In this document: positions 34,801-46,800 of the stretch, in pieces
Layout: each line of letters starts with the position of its first letter
Numbering within the stretch: the first letter of the stretch is position 1
Source of the DNA: Laetmonice hystrix
Taxonomy: Eukaryota
Reading direction: 5' to 3'
DNA length: 64,000 nucleotides
Assembly: GCA_965235115.1 (NCBI GenBank)
Contig: OZ249436.1
Coordinates: 45,882,001 to 45,946,000, forward strand
Program-made: the position numbers and the translations under genes
Notes under the pieces: model-generated
What the model saw: only the letters and a program-made list of their open reading frames with translations
What the model was told of the DNA's origin: nothing
The model's database searches: none

Positions 34801-37800
34801 GTTAAGTGTATTCACGTAGTGAAGGGGGGGGGGGTTGACTAATAATAATAATAATAATAATGTTTATTAAATGGCAAGGATTGATAGGCCATGATCTCAA
34901 CACATTTCTAGAAAACAAATAATTATTTTGATGTAGTTTCCATGACAGTTTAAATAAGAGCGAGAAAAAGTAAGGATGAACCACATTAAAACCATATTCT
35001 AATTTACATAACGAAATAGGATCATGGCTGCCGAAGGCGGCATATTTTGGAAAGTAAGGTCATATTTTAGAACGCAAGGTCAGAAGTTGGGGGACCCCAC
35101 GTATTGTCGCCCAAAATAAATTACTATTAATTAAGCAAAGATTGCATTCCTCTCTCAGTTCGTAGCGTGTTATTTAATGTTTTAATGACAAGGTGCAGAC
35201 AGAATAATCAGAACTAGTACATTCAGATCGTACAAGTGTAGCAGCATGCAGAGAGGAAAAACATAATAAAAGGATATCGAGTAGTCACGAAGGACAGTCA
35301 CGAAGGAGTGTGTGAGCATGCAGAGTTTATAGATAATATTTACTTATTGTAGAGGACGATGTCTGGCGTCCAGAGGTGGGAGGCCGGTAAACGTGTGTGT
35401 GCAGGACAGTCACGATGGAGTGTGTGAGCATGCAGAGTTTATAGATAATATTTACTTTTTGTAGAGGACGATGTCTGGCGTCCAGAGGTGGGAGGCTGGT
35501 AAACGTATGTGTGCAGGACAGTCACGAAGGAGTGTGTGAGCATGCAGAGTTTATAGATAATATTTACTTATTGTAGAGGACGATGTCTGGCGTCCAGAGG
35601 TGGGAGGCCGGTAAACGTGTGCAGTACAGTCACGATGGAGTGGGTGAGCATGCAGAGTTTATAGATAATATTTACTTATTGTAGAGGACGATGTCTGGCG
35701 TCCAGAGGTGGGAGGCTGGTAAACGTATATGGGTGACACCACCAAAGTCATCTGGATCCCAGCGCAACACCTGGTCCTCCCACACCTGTAAGCAAACAGA
35801 GGGTGTATGTACAACACTCCTGGAATCCGTTGTCATCCTACTCTTCTCATGACGTACGTGATTATTCTATGACGTAAGTGATTATTCCATGACGTACGTG
35901 ATTATTCCATGACGTAAGTGATTATTACATGACGTAAGTGATTATTCCATGACGTACGTGATTATTCTATGACGTAAGTGATTATTCCATGACGTACGTG
36001 ATTATTCCATGACGTACGTGATTATTCCATGACGTACGTGATTATTCCATGACGTAAGTGATTATTCCATGACGTACGTGATTATTCCATGACGTACGTG
36101 ATTATTCCATGACGTACGTGATTATTCGATACTGCACGTCATAAATAGGCGTATTGTTACCCATAATTCCGTGTAATGAATAGGTGGGCGGTGATAATAA
36201 CTACAGAGGTTAATTTGCATGTCTGTGCAGCATTAGCTACAATTCTTGAACAATTGATGATGTTTGGATCGTACTCTCTGCTGTCGTAGGAATAATGACT
36301 TGTAAATACAGACTTGTAGTAGAATACAGGAGAAACGCAGTTTCAACTCGAATATTAACTTACTGTTTAGTTCAATTTGTAAATGTAAGGGCAACGTAAC
36401 ATCCTAAAACTAAGATTTAATGTAGTCCCCACCGACCGCCCTCCACTTGGACGGAGGCGGGCCTACGTCAAATCGGCATAACAAGCAGCATTTACCTTCT
36501 GACGTCAACACTACAATTAGGCAAACATTTATGGGCCCCCATACAAGTCAATAAATAATTCAGCGCAACTACTAATGCTGTGTTGTTCTGTCAACCTGTG
36601 TTACTGTACTGTTTGTTTCTCTCGTTGTGTGTGTGTGGGGGGGGGGGGGGTGCTTACGAACGCGGTCAGTGTTCTTTGCAGGGCCTCCAAAATAAATCTT
36701 TCCAAATGACCAAATGGGAATTCAATATTCTAATACAACATTAATACAAAACTAGGGAAAGTTACATCATATGCTCTGATCATAACGCCCTCCTAGAGTT
36801 ATTAAAACCTTGTGACATTGTTTCAAGTTATGTGCACTAAAGTCAATAGGAGCATGACGTGGGAGGGACATTAAGTTATGTGTACTAAAGTCAATAGGAA
36901 CATGACGTGAGAGGGACATTAAGTTATGTGTACTAAAGTCAATAGGAGCATGACGTGGGAGGGACATTAAGTTATGTGCACTAAAGTCAATAGGAGCATG
37001 ACGTGGGAGGGACATTAAGTTATGTGTACTAAAGTCAATAGGAACATGACGTGAGAGGGACATTAAGTTATGTGTACTAAAGTCAATAGGAGCATGGCGT
37101 GGGAGGGACATTAAGTTATGTGCACTAAAGTCAATAGGAACATGACATGGGAGGGGCATTAAGTTATGTGAAGGCCTACTAAAGTCAATAGGAGCATGAT
37201 GGGGGACATTAAAAGAATCCAGTGATGAAAGTGGCCAGCTGTAAAATTTCCTGAAATTCTGACCGGGGGGGAGCGGCGGGGGCCAATGTCCATAATTAAT
37301 ATTTGTTCATGTGCACATCCAAGGCTTACCCCCCCCCCCCCTTAAAAAAGTCAGGCTAGGAACAGCAGACAATCATGATCCGATAAGGCCTCCTAGCTAT
37401 TATATATATTATAGGGCCTAGCCCTCAGTATTTAGTCGCCACCCACCCCCCACCCCCCTCAACCCCCCACCCCTGCAAATTTGCTGGATAGACTCCATCA
37501 CTCATCAGTCCATGCCCCTGTTCAAGGCTGTTGCTTGCCTGTCACTCAGTCACAGTCAGTGTCAACCTCTCTCTCCAACATTGGAATCCAGTCGGCTTTT
37601 AGCGCCCAAAATGCACCCGATTACGTTGTCAAACAGCTTCCATGTGTTAGACTGACCACACAGGCTGTCCATCAGTCTTGACCCTCAGCAGTCACGACCC
37701 TCAGCGGCTCTCAGCCAAGCAACACAGTCGCTGAGTCGAGTGGTTCAGCCCGTGTGTCCATGTGCCACTCATGTTGTGAATATTGTCACTTCCGGTCTTA

Positions 37801-40800
37801 TCAGGACACCTGCACTGATCGACAAATGTAATGAAAAGTCCTGACAACCCCAAAACTTCAGTGAAAACCACTTACGTAATGCCATTATCCTCAAATTTAT
37901 ATGCAAGAAAACATTATGAGAACTTACTGACATATATACTAGGCAGATTCATAGAACTAAATTGACCCAGTTTCCTGTGAGGAGTGACATTGTGATGGTG
38001 CGTAGTTCGTCAGCCTAATCACTATCACCGGGACTAGACAGACCGGTCTGTCTATAGTCTCGTTGCTATCACTAAGTGAGCGCTCAGGCAAAACTCGCGC
38101 ATGGATATGGCATAATGGCAAGCCTGAATCAACGGGCTTCGCAGCTGCCTGACCATCAGTTTTGCCTGAAGTCATTACCTGAGGTGAGTCGCTCTCACCA
38201 CAGCGACACGGGGCCGTGCCTGCCAGACGGGACAGACGGCACTGCGTGCCGGTAGAAGTCAGCCCACGCGAGCCGGTCTATGTGAGCGATGTGACCACAG
38301 CTACAGGGACCGCGGGCGGTACACCAGCACCCCCGGCAGACCAGCCTATGCACGGCGTGACACTGGACGGGTTTGAGACACTCTAATATCCCCATCTATA
38401 AACGAACTTTGGGCAGGTAGAGATATATTGAGCTGCATGGTGTTAAAAAACGTCCTGGAAGGGGATATTGTTTCATTTGATATTAACAAATAAAATTGCC
38501 CACCACACAGTCCAGGGCAATACTTAGCCTTGGCTTAGGCCTACCTCTTTTGCCTATAGATCTAGGCCTATTTTCTTTTTTGGGTGTTATTTCTTGGGGG
38601 GGGGGGGGGGATTTTTTCAAATTTCCTGATTTCAGGAAATTTCCTGAAAACTTTCATCCCTGAGAATCATGTCACCTATTTCATATAGATTTTACAACTT
38701 GGCGAAAATACTGCCTATATAGTCTGGTAATTATGTTCCATAGCACTGCCTACTTGCCTGACTGGATTTCGTGACTATTTTTTTAAAATATTGCAGCGTT
38801 GGTTTTGAGTCTTCTCGACACGAAATGTGAAATGTGAAGGTGACAGTGCATTTCGCTGCTGTCTGTTTACAATACATAATGTATATTAAACCTAGGAAGT
38901 ATCCTCGGGACAGGAGGTGCATAGATTTTGACGAGGTAAGCGTGAAACCAGGCCGAACTGGCTTCCCGGAACCCTCAACCAGGGCGCCATGATTCCTTTA
39001 AGTTAAAGTCTAATAAGTTATGTGTACTAAAGTTAATGGGAGCATGAGGGCGCGAGGATTCTACGGTGTGATTTTGTATATATAGGCCTAATCTACGGCC
39101 TGGAGCAACCCACCGGCAGATTATCACGGCATAATACCGTTTTGACCTCGCGCCGTCATGCAAAATCAGGCGCGGATCCTGCCGGGTAGGCATAGGGATT
39201 TCGCCCCCCCCCCGCCCCCGCCCTCCTGCTCGAGACAGACAAACATCCCCCGGCGGCTCGCATCTTCTGGACCTCCCCTGCAACAATTCCTTCAAGGGAA
39301 TTATCAAGGATTCAATCTTCTCCCGCCTCTAGTATATAGGACAAGGCGTTTGGTGTTTTTTAGAAGCTATAGTGAAACTGCGCGAACGGCCCTATAAATT
39401 AATTAACACAAACCTGACTAATGTCCTTTATGTATGTGTATTAATGTTTCATAATACAGCGAGTAATTCAATGCAGCTGTGTCATGTTTCATATTACCAT
39501 ACATCCTCGTAGAACCAATAAATATAGGGATTCACTTAAATTGCTACAATAACGATGCACCAAGGCATGGTGAAGCCGTTCACAGTCGGAGCACGCGATC
39601 TCTATTGGCTCTTTCAATGGTCAATATTGATGATTTTCTACACCAAGAATGGATTGTTCAGGGAAACGAGGAAATTGTAATCACTTGTAATAAATGTGGA
39701 CTCGTTGTGACGCCAGGTGTTCATTAATTTGTCACGAAGAAAGTTTTTATCCACCAGCCCTACCTTTATGACAGCTGGTAAAGTGCGAGAATGAATCCGA
39801 GAGAGTGCTGAGTTTACTGAGCTAACTGACACCATATCCATGATGTGCTGCACTAACTGACACCATATTCATGACGTCCTGCACTAACTGACACCATATT
39901 CATGGCGTCCTGCACTGACACCATATTCATGACGTCCTGCACTAACTGACACCATAATCATAACGTCCTGCACTGACACCATATTCATGACGTCCTGTAC
40001 TAACTGACACCATATTCATGACGTCCTGCACTGTCACCATATTCATGATGTGCTGCACTAACTGACACCATATTCATGACGTCCTGCACTGAGACTATAT
40101 TCATGACGCCCTGCGCTCACTGACACCATATTCATGACGTCCTGCACTAACTGACACCATATTCATGACGTCCTGCACTAACTGACACCATATTCATGAC
40201 GTGTTGCGCTAACTGACACCATATTCATGACGTCCTGCACTAACTGACACCATATTTATGCAAGGCAAGAAGAGAGCCTTTGTGAAGTGATCAGTCTGTC
40301 GGTGTGGGGATCGATCAAGGTAAATGAACAACACGAGGATGATATATCCAAAATCCACATGCTCTATTATTGTTGTCTATTGTCCCACTCCTTGTTGTGA
40401 TCCTTGTACCCCCCCCCCCCCCGCCTGCCGCACCCCTCTTGAGGTAAATATTAGACCCTCTCTATGTATGTCTTGGTTCTTGGTCTCATGTCCTGTTGGC
40501 AACTGTTGGCCTTCCTCAGGACGGAAACAAATACGTTTTCATTTCTTCTGTCCAGTGATGATAAGGATATAACACATCTTATGGATACATCGCAAGGGTT
40601 CTACGTGCAACACCGTATCCAGCCTGGGATTATAGGCGTCCTGGATGATAATGAGATAACACATCTTATGGATACATTGCACGGTCTTAAATACGTGCAA
40701 CACCGTATCCAGCCTGGGATTATCGGCGTCCTGGATGATAATGATATAACACATCTTATGGATACATCGCAAAGGTTCTTAATACGTGCAACACCGTATC

Positions 40801-43800
40801 CAGCCTTGGACTACCATCAGGCGTCCTGGATGATAATGAAATAACACATCTTATGGATACATCGCAAGGGTTCTTAATACGTGCAACACCGTATCCAGCC
40901 TGGGATTATCGGCGTCCTGGATGATAATGATATAACACATCTTATGGATACATCGCAAGGGTTCTACGTGTAACACCGTATCCAGCCTGGGATTACCATC
41001 AGGCGTCCTGGATGATAATGATATAACACATCTTATGGATACATCGCAAAGGTTCTTAATACGTGCAACACCGTATCCAGCCTTGGACTACCATCAGGCG
41101 TCCTGGATGATAATGAAATAACACATCTTATGGATACATCGCAAGGGTTCTTAATACGTGCAACACCGTATCCAGCCTGGGATTACTGGCGTCCTGGATG
41201 ATAATGATATAACACATCTTATGGATACATCGCAAGGGTTCTACGTGTAACACCGTATCCAGCCTGGGATTACTAGCGTCCTGGATGATAATATAACACA
41301 TCTTATGGATACATCGCAAGGGTTCTTAATACGTGCAACACCGTATCCAGCCTGGGATTACTGGCGTCCTGGATGATAATGATATAACACATCTTATGGA
41401 TACATCGCAAAGGTTCTTAATACGTGCAACACCGTATCCAGCCTTGGATTACCATCAGGCGTCCTGGATGATAATGATATAACACATCTTATGGATACAT
41501 CGCAAAGGTTCTTAATACGTGCAACACCGTGGATACATCGCAAAGGTTCTTAATACGTGTAACATCGTGTCCAGACCATCAGGCGTTCCGGAAGGAGTGA
41601 GGGGCGTCTGTTCCCTCGGGAGATTCCATGCAGAGGTCAATGAGACCCGCTCGTTTATATTACTTCCGGTAGAGGAACAACCTGCCCTTATACAGAGAAG
41701 TAACAGCGTCGCCGAACCTGAGTCATAACTATCAATCTAGGCACGAGTAAATCATTCTGGATCATTTAGAGAACACACAAACTGCTGGAGATGATACGTA
41801 CGGGTGTATATAGACATGACGCCATAAACATAGAGACGTCTGTCTTCATTGTCAGCGCCGAATGTTTCATTTACACAAAGAACTTCAACCGACAGAACCT
41901 AGCGTTAATTGCCTGTAGCCGAGAGAGAGCAAAGAGACGAAGTACGACTGTGATGCTTTTCTACGAGAAAATATCACCCATCTCCCATTACTGGACCATC
42001 ACCCTTTAGGCTACTGGACCATCGCCAATTACTGGACCATCGCCCATTACTGGACCATCGCCCATTACTGGACCATCTCCCATTACTGGACCATCGCCCA
42101 TTATGGGGCCATCGCCCTCTATTGTAACATCGCCTATATTACCGCACAGTGCAGTACTACTTCACGACCAGTCGAAGTATCCAGGCGAGGACGGATTGCA
42201 TGCCGTGGTCCGACCATCGTATTGTTAGGGATTGGAAGCACCAATGTCGGCAACATCCTGTATGGACATCTCAGGGAACATCAACATTTTAATACCGTCG
42301 TAAAGCCAACCTTATTGTTCATGTAGCTATCAACATGACGACAGCAGCATTGGACCTTAACGTTTTATTCTCCCCGCAAGTCGTTCAGTGGCCATCTATT
42401 TTTGCAGTATTTATGAATCGCCATGACGACATAGGACCGGAAGTGATCACATAACGACCATCGACATACATATATTCAGAGCCAGACCGTAGTCTACAGC
42501 CGGTAATTAGACAACCCCTAATGTCGACATGTTATTTGTCTTCCGTCAGCCTCGCTTTCAGAGGTTGGGGGATTTTAAAACGAGGCTCTCTTCCGATAAA
42601 ACATGCTCCGCCCCGATGCTCTTTGGTCGGTTAAGCCGGTCATATTATGTACCTACCCGACTCAACTAGTTTTCTATGCCTTGAACACTATTATTCCACC
42701 TCGCCCAAGCCTACTAAGAAGATACTTATGGATTAGGGTTAAGGTTAGGATTAGTGTTATGATTATGAAGATATATTGATAAAATACAAAATCACGGACT
42801 GGGACCTGGGAATGCAGGTCTGTCGTACCCGTATAAATGTCGGGTATTGCAGGTACATCGGACCTGCATTTCAGGGGGAATTGGAAATCTGTTTTACCTG
42901 TTTAACAAGCAATTTAGCCTACTATTTCTACTGTCACCAAGTTACGAAAACATTGATACAAGGTAATGTCTCAAACTTTCTGCCTCTTGATGCAGCTAAG
43001 AACTTATGCCAGTAATTACTATAAACTAGCTGATCTCATCGGGAATTACGAAAGATGATTTCTCCCACAAGATTTCCGTCAGAACGTTTAGTATTCCCTG
43101 TGATCTCGTTAATGTCACCGCGGAATGAGAAGCACGAAGCGGTTTTTCCTAATCCTAACATTCTCACACTAATGAAAAGATCATTTTATTGAGCCGTCAA
43201 CTCTTCACTCTTGTACTGGAATAGGTACTGATCCGACAGAATTCTCGAATGAGGAGGCACCATAGCAGATTGTTCACCCAGTTTTATTTACAAGTGGTCA
43301 AGTGGTAGCCTTGGTCAGAGAATATAACCTGGATTGAATGTTCAAAGATTAACAGTTCTTTGAAAAAGGAACCCCACAAAAATATGAGATAATATGTGAC
43401 TAAAAACTACGATCAGCTTACAATTCCAGACGCTACAACACTGAAAAAAAAACCGGAATACATGATTACATGTAATCACGAAAAGTGTAAGCCTGCAGTA
43501 CTGTATGAGGATGATGAGCATTCTACCTTACACTTTCAGTCCCTCGGGGTACAAACCTGCCAAATCATATTAGCAGTGGGTGACAGTCGACTGGCGAGTA
43601 GAGTCAATTAGGTCTATTTGTAACGTCTGTGCTCGGCATGTAGGAAGCCTCTGGCAGTCAAAGCCTCATCCTGTGTGAAACCAGCATAGACCGGTGGTGT
43701 CTGGCGATCTTGGTACCACGGCATCGTGCTCTCAGATGGAATGAAGCCTCATAGACACTTGAGTTAACCCGACACATTATGGTGCCTTGTTCTGATCCCA

Positions 43801-46800
43801 CAGCAGTCATTGGGTGCTTGCTCTCCGTGATGTTACGGTGTTTGGTGTTAGAAAAAAACACCATCGTCTTTTAAAAAGGGGGCATTCATGGGTTGCCAAC
43901 GATAGGGCAAATAATTATGCTTCTTTGTGGATCATGCTTCCTTCAAAATTCGGGCCCGTTGAGTCCCTTAATCATTTGACAATAATTGTCAGCCACCCAT
44001 TGTCACCCACCCACCCACTGAATGAGGGAGCTGTCCATCTTGCCACCTGGCGGAAGGAACTGATAGCAAGTCAGCGCCACCTATCGAAACATAACTATCG
44101 TTACGCCATCGCATAATAAATTATTCCAGTTATCGCCTGGGACCAGCCATTTCCTTCAGTTGATAGGTCGCGCAGGCATCAAACAGCAACTTATATTTAT
44201 GGCTAGCTATCGAATTACAAATAAGGAAACTAAATTATCTTTACATGTTATTCCTACATTTGTCCTTCATTGAGTACCTTATACAATTAGATCTATATTG
44301 TTTCTGTGCCCACCAAACAAGCGAGTTCCTGAATAAGATTCAATGTTATTAAACTATTCAATAAGTACATTTTATCTGTTTCATTATTTGAACGTGCCAT
44401 ATGGGCGCCAATCACTTCGCTACCTGGGGGGCAAGGGCAACTGCCCCCCCCCCCCCTCCCGGGATTTCCAGTTTTAAAACATTATTATTGGGCCTTGGAT
44501 CCCCAACATTGACCCTGGTATTCACACCTGGTACTTGCTCAGGAGGCGCCGCCCCCCCCCCCTGCATATTTGGGCCAAACTACGGCCCTGGTTACACATG
44601 ACTGTTATAATCAGGTGGTTATAATCAGGTGGTTATAATCAGGTGGTTATAATCAGGTGGTTGACACACTCACTGCCGTCAAAATGCCGCGATTTTCCTA
44701 TGTTTACAACTGTGCGCTATTCCCCGGAAGTGGCTCTGTTCCACCCATTATCGCCCACAGGACGACGTCATTTTCACTCCCTATACAACACATACCTTGC
44801 TGTGTTCTCGAGCATTGACCAGATCAACAGACCTTTCCTCTCACCATACAATATTTAAAAAATTGACAATTGTGAACAAGGGATATGGGACATTAACTCG
44901 TTGTTACAGATCCGTTGATGCACATCAATATTAGAGTTTTAATTCGATTAAAATGTCTCTTTTGCAAATTGGAATTGCTCACATGAGAACGAGTGCAAAA
45001 ACACTCGGAAATAAAACGTCAGAAGACCATAATGGATTTGGTGTCCCATAGAGGGTCTCTTGCCGAAATGCATTGCCTACATGCTTGACAGTATTTCGAT
45101 ATTTACTTTGAGAGTTTAGTATTACAAAGGAAGTGCCTGGTTCGGGTAATCCCCCAATCCCTTTCCGTTTGCTTTGGTGAAAGTTTTAAATCATTCCATC
45201 GTTTTTTCAGACACTTTTAATTTATTTTTTGAAAGTTGTACACGCTCAACGCAAAAGGTTTGTCCACTGAGTCATTACAAAGGGAGAGATGTAAATGTGC
45301 TTTTCGAATTTTTAAAAAGTTTTTTTTAGGGGAATAAAGAGGGATTGCAGAGTGAACTACCCACAGATATAGTTCGCTTGTGATATAGATATAGATATCT
45401 AAAATAGATATAATTTACGCTAATGCTAAGTAGACATTAACTGATCAATCTGCCTTAGTCTGATCACAAAACGAAATTAGCCGGGCCTATAATACCGGAT
45501 CCGCGGATCTTAAACACCTGCCCTTAACACTCCTGAGGTTACTGTGAAGACGCTGAGGACAGCTGGTGTCTGGCGTTGCTGTGTCACGTTCTCGAGTCCT
45601 GGAGGTCACCGAGTTTGTAGCAGCTTAATGGCCCTGACAGTGTAAGACAATGTAAGTGGTCAGGTCTCTTCCCTCTAATGGGCCAGACATACATTATGGT
45701 GACGGAAACCGAGGTTTTTGACCTTTTCTCGAGTAGAACGCGTCAGTAAGCCTGAACATCTGCTACAGACACCACTGAAGCTTGTGATGTATACTGACAT
45801 TAAAGACGAGAAACTAAAATGTCAGCAGAGCGACTCAGCGAAACGAATTTATTGGATCGTTTCTAATCAAGTTTGTCTGATAGTTTTAGCCGTTTGTTCC
45901 TAGGTGGAGCACATGCCCTCCTGGGGAATGGATGCCCGCGTGGAATATGAAATCCATGGTGGCTCATCCTTCTGGGTGAGGAACTGGATTAGACAAGATG
46001 GAAGACTAGCAGAAGACAGTTGACGAGGGTGGGCTGGAGCTTCAGAAAGCTTCATCCGTGGCTTAAACTCATAAACTTATAAAAACTGTTTAAGGGTTAT
46101 CACCAATGAGACATCGCCCAGCCTCACATGAGAAATGACGTGACCACTGGGGGATGTAGGGAATAATAAAATCACCATTGCTAACTCCCTCACGCCATCA
46201 TTCTGCACGTACAGCTTGTGCCATAAAACTATAATAATAACATCACCATTACTAACTCCCTCACGCCATCATTCTGCAAGTACAGCTTGTGCCATAAAAC
46301 TATAATAATAAAATCACCATTACTAACTCCCTCACGCCATCATTCTGCAAGTACAGCTTGTGCCATAAAACTATAATAATAAAATCACCATTACTAACTC
46401 CCTCACGCCATCATTCTGCAAGTACAGCTTGTGCCATAAAACTATAATAATAAAATCACCATTACTAACTCCCTCACGCCATCATTCTGCAAGTACAGCT
46501 TGTGCCATAAAACTATAATAATAAAATCACCATTACTAACTCCCTCACGCCATCATTCTGCAAGTACAGCTTGTGCCATAAAACTATAATAATAAAATCA
46601 CCATTACTAACTCCCTCACGACATCATTCTGCAAGTACAGCTTGTGCCATAAAACTATAATAATAAAATCACCATGACTAACTCCCTCACGCCATCATTC
46701 TGCACGTACAGCTTGTGCCATAAAACTATAATAATAAGATCACCATTACTAACTCCCTCACGCCATCATTCTGCAAGTACAGCTTGTGCCATAAAACTAT

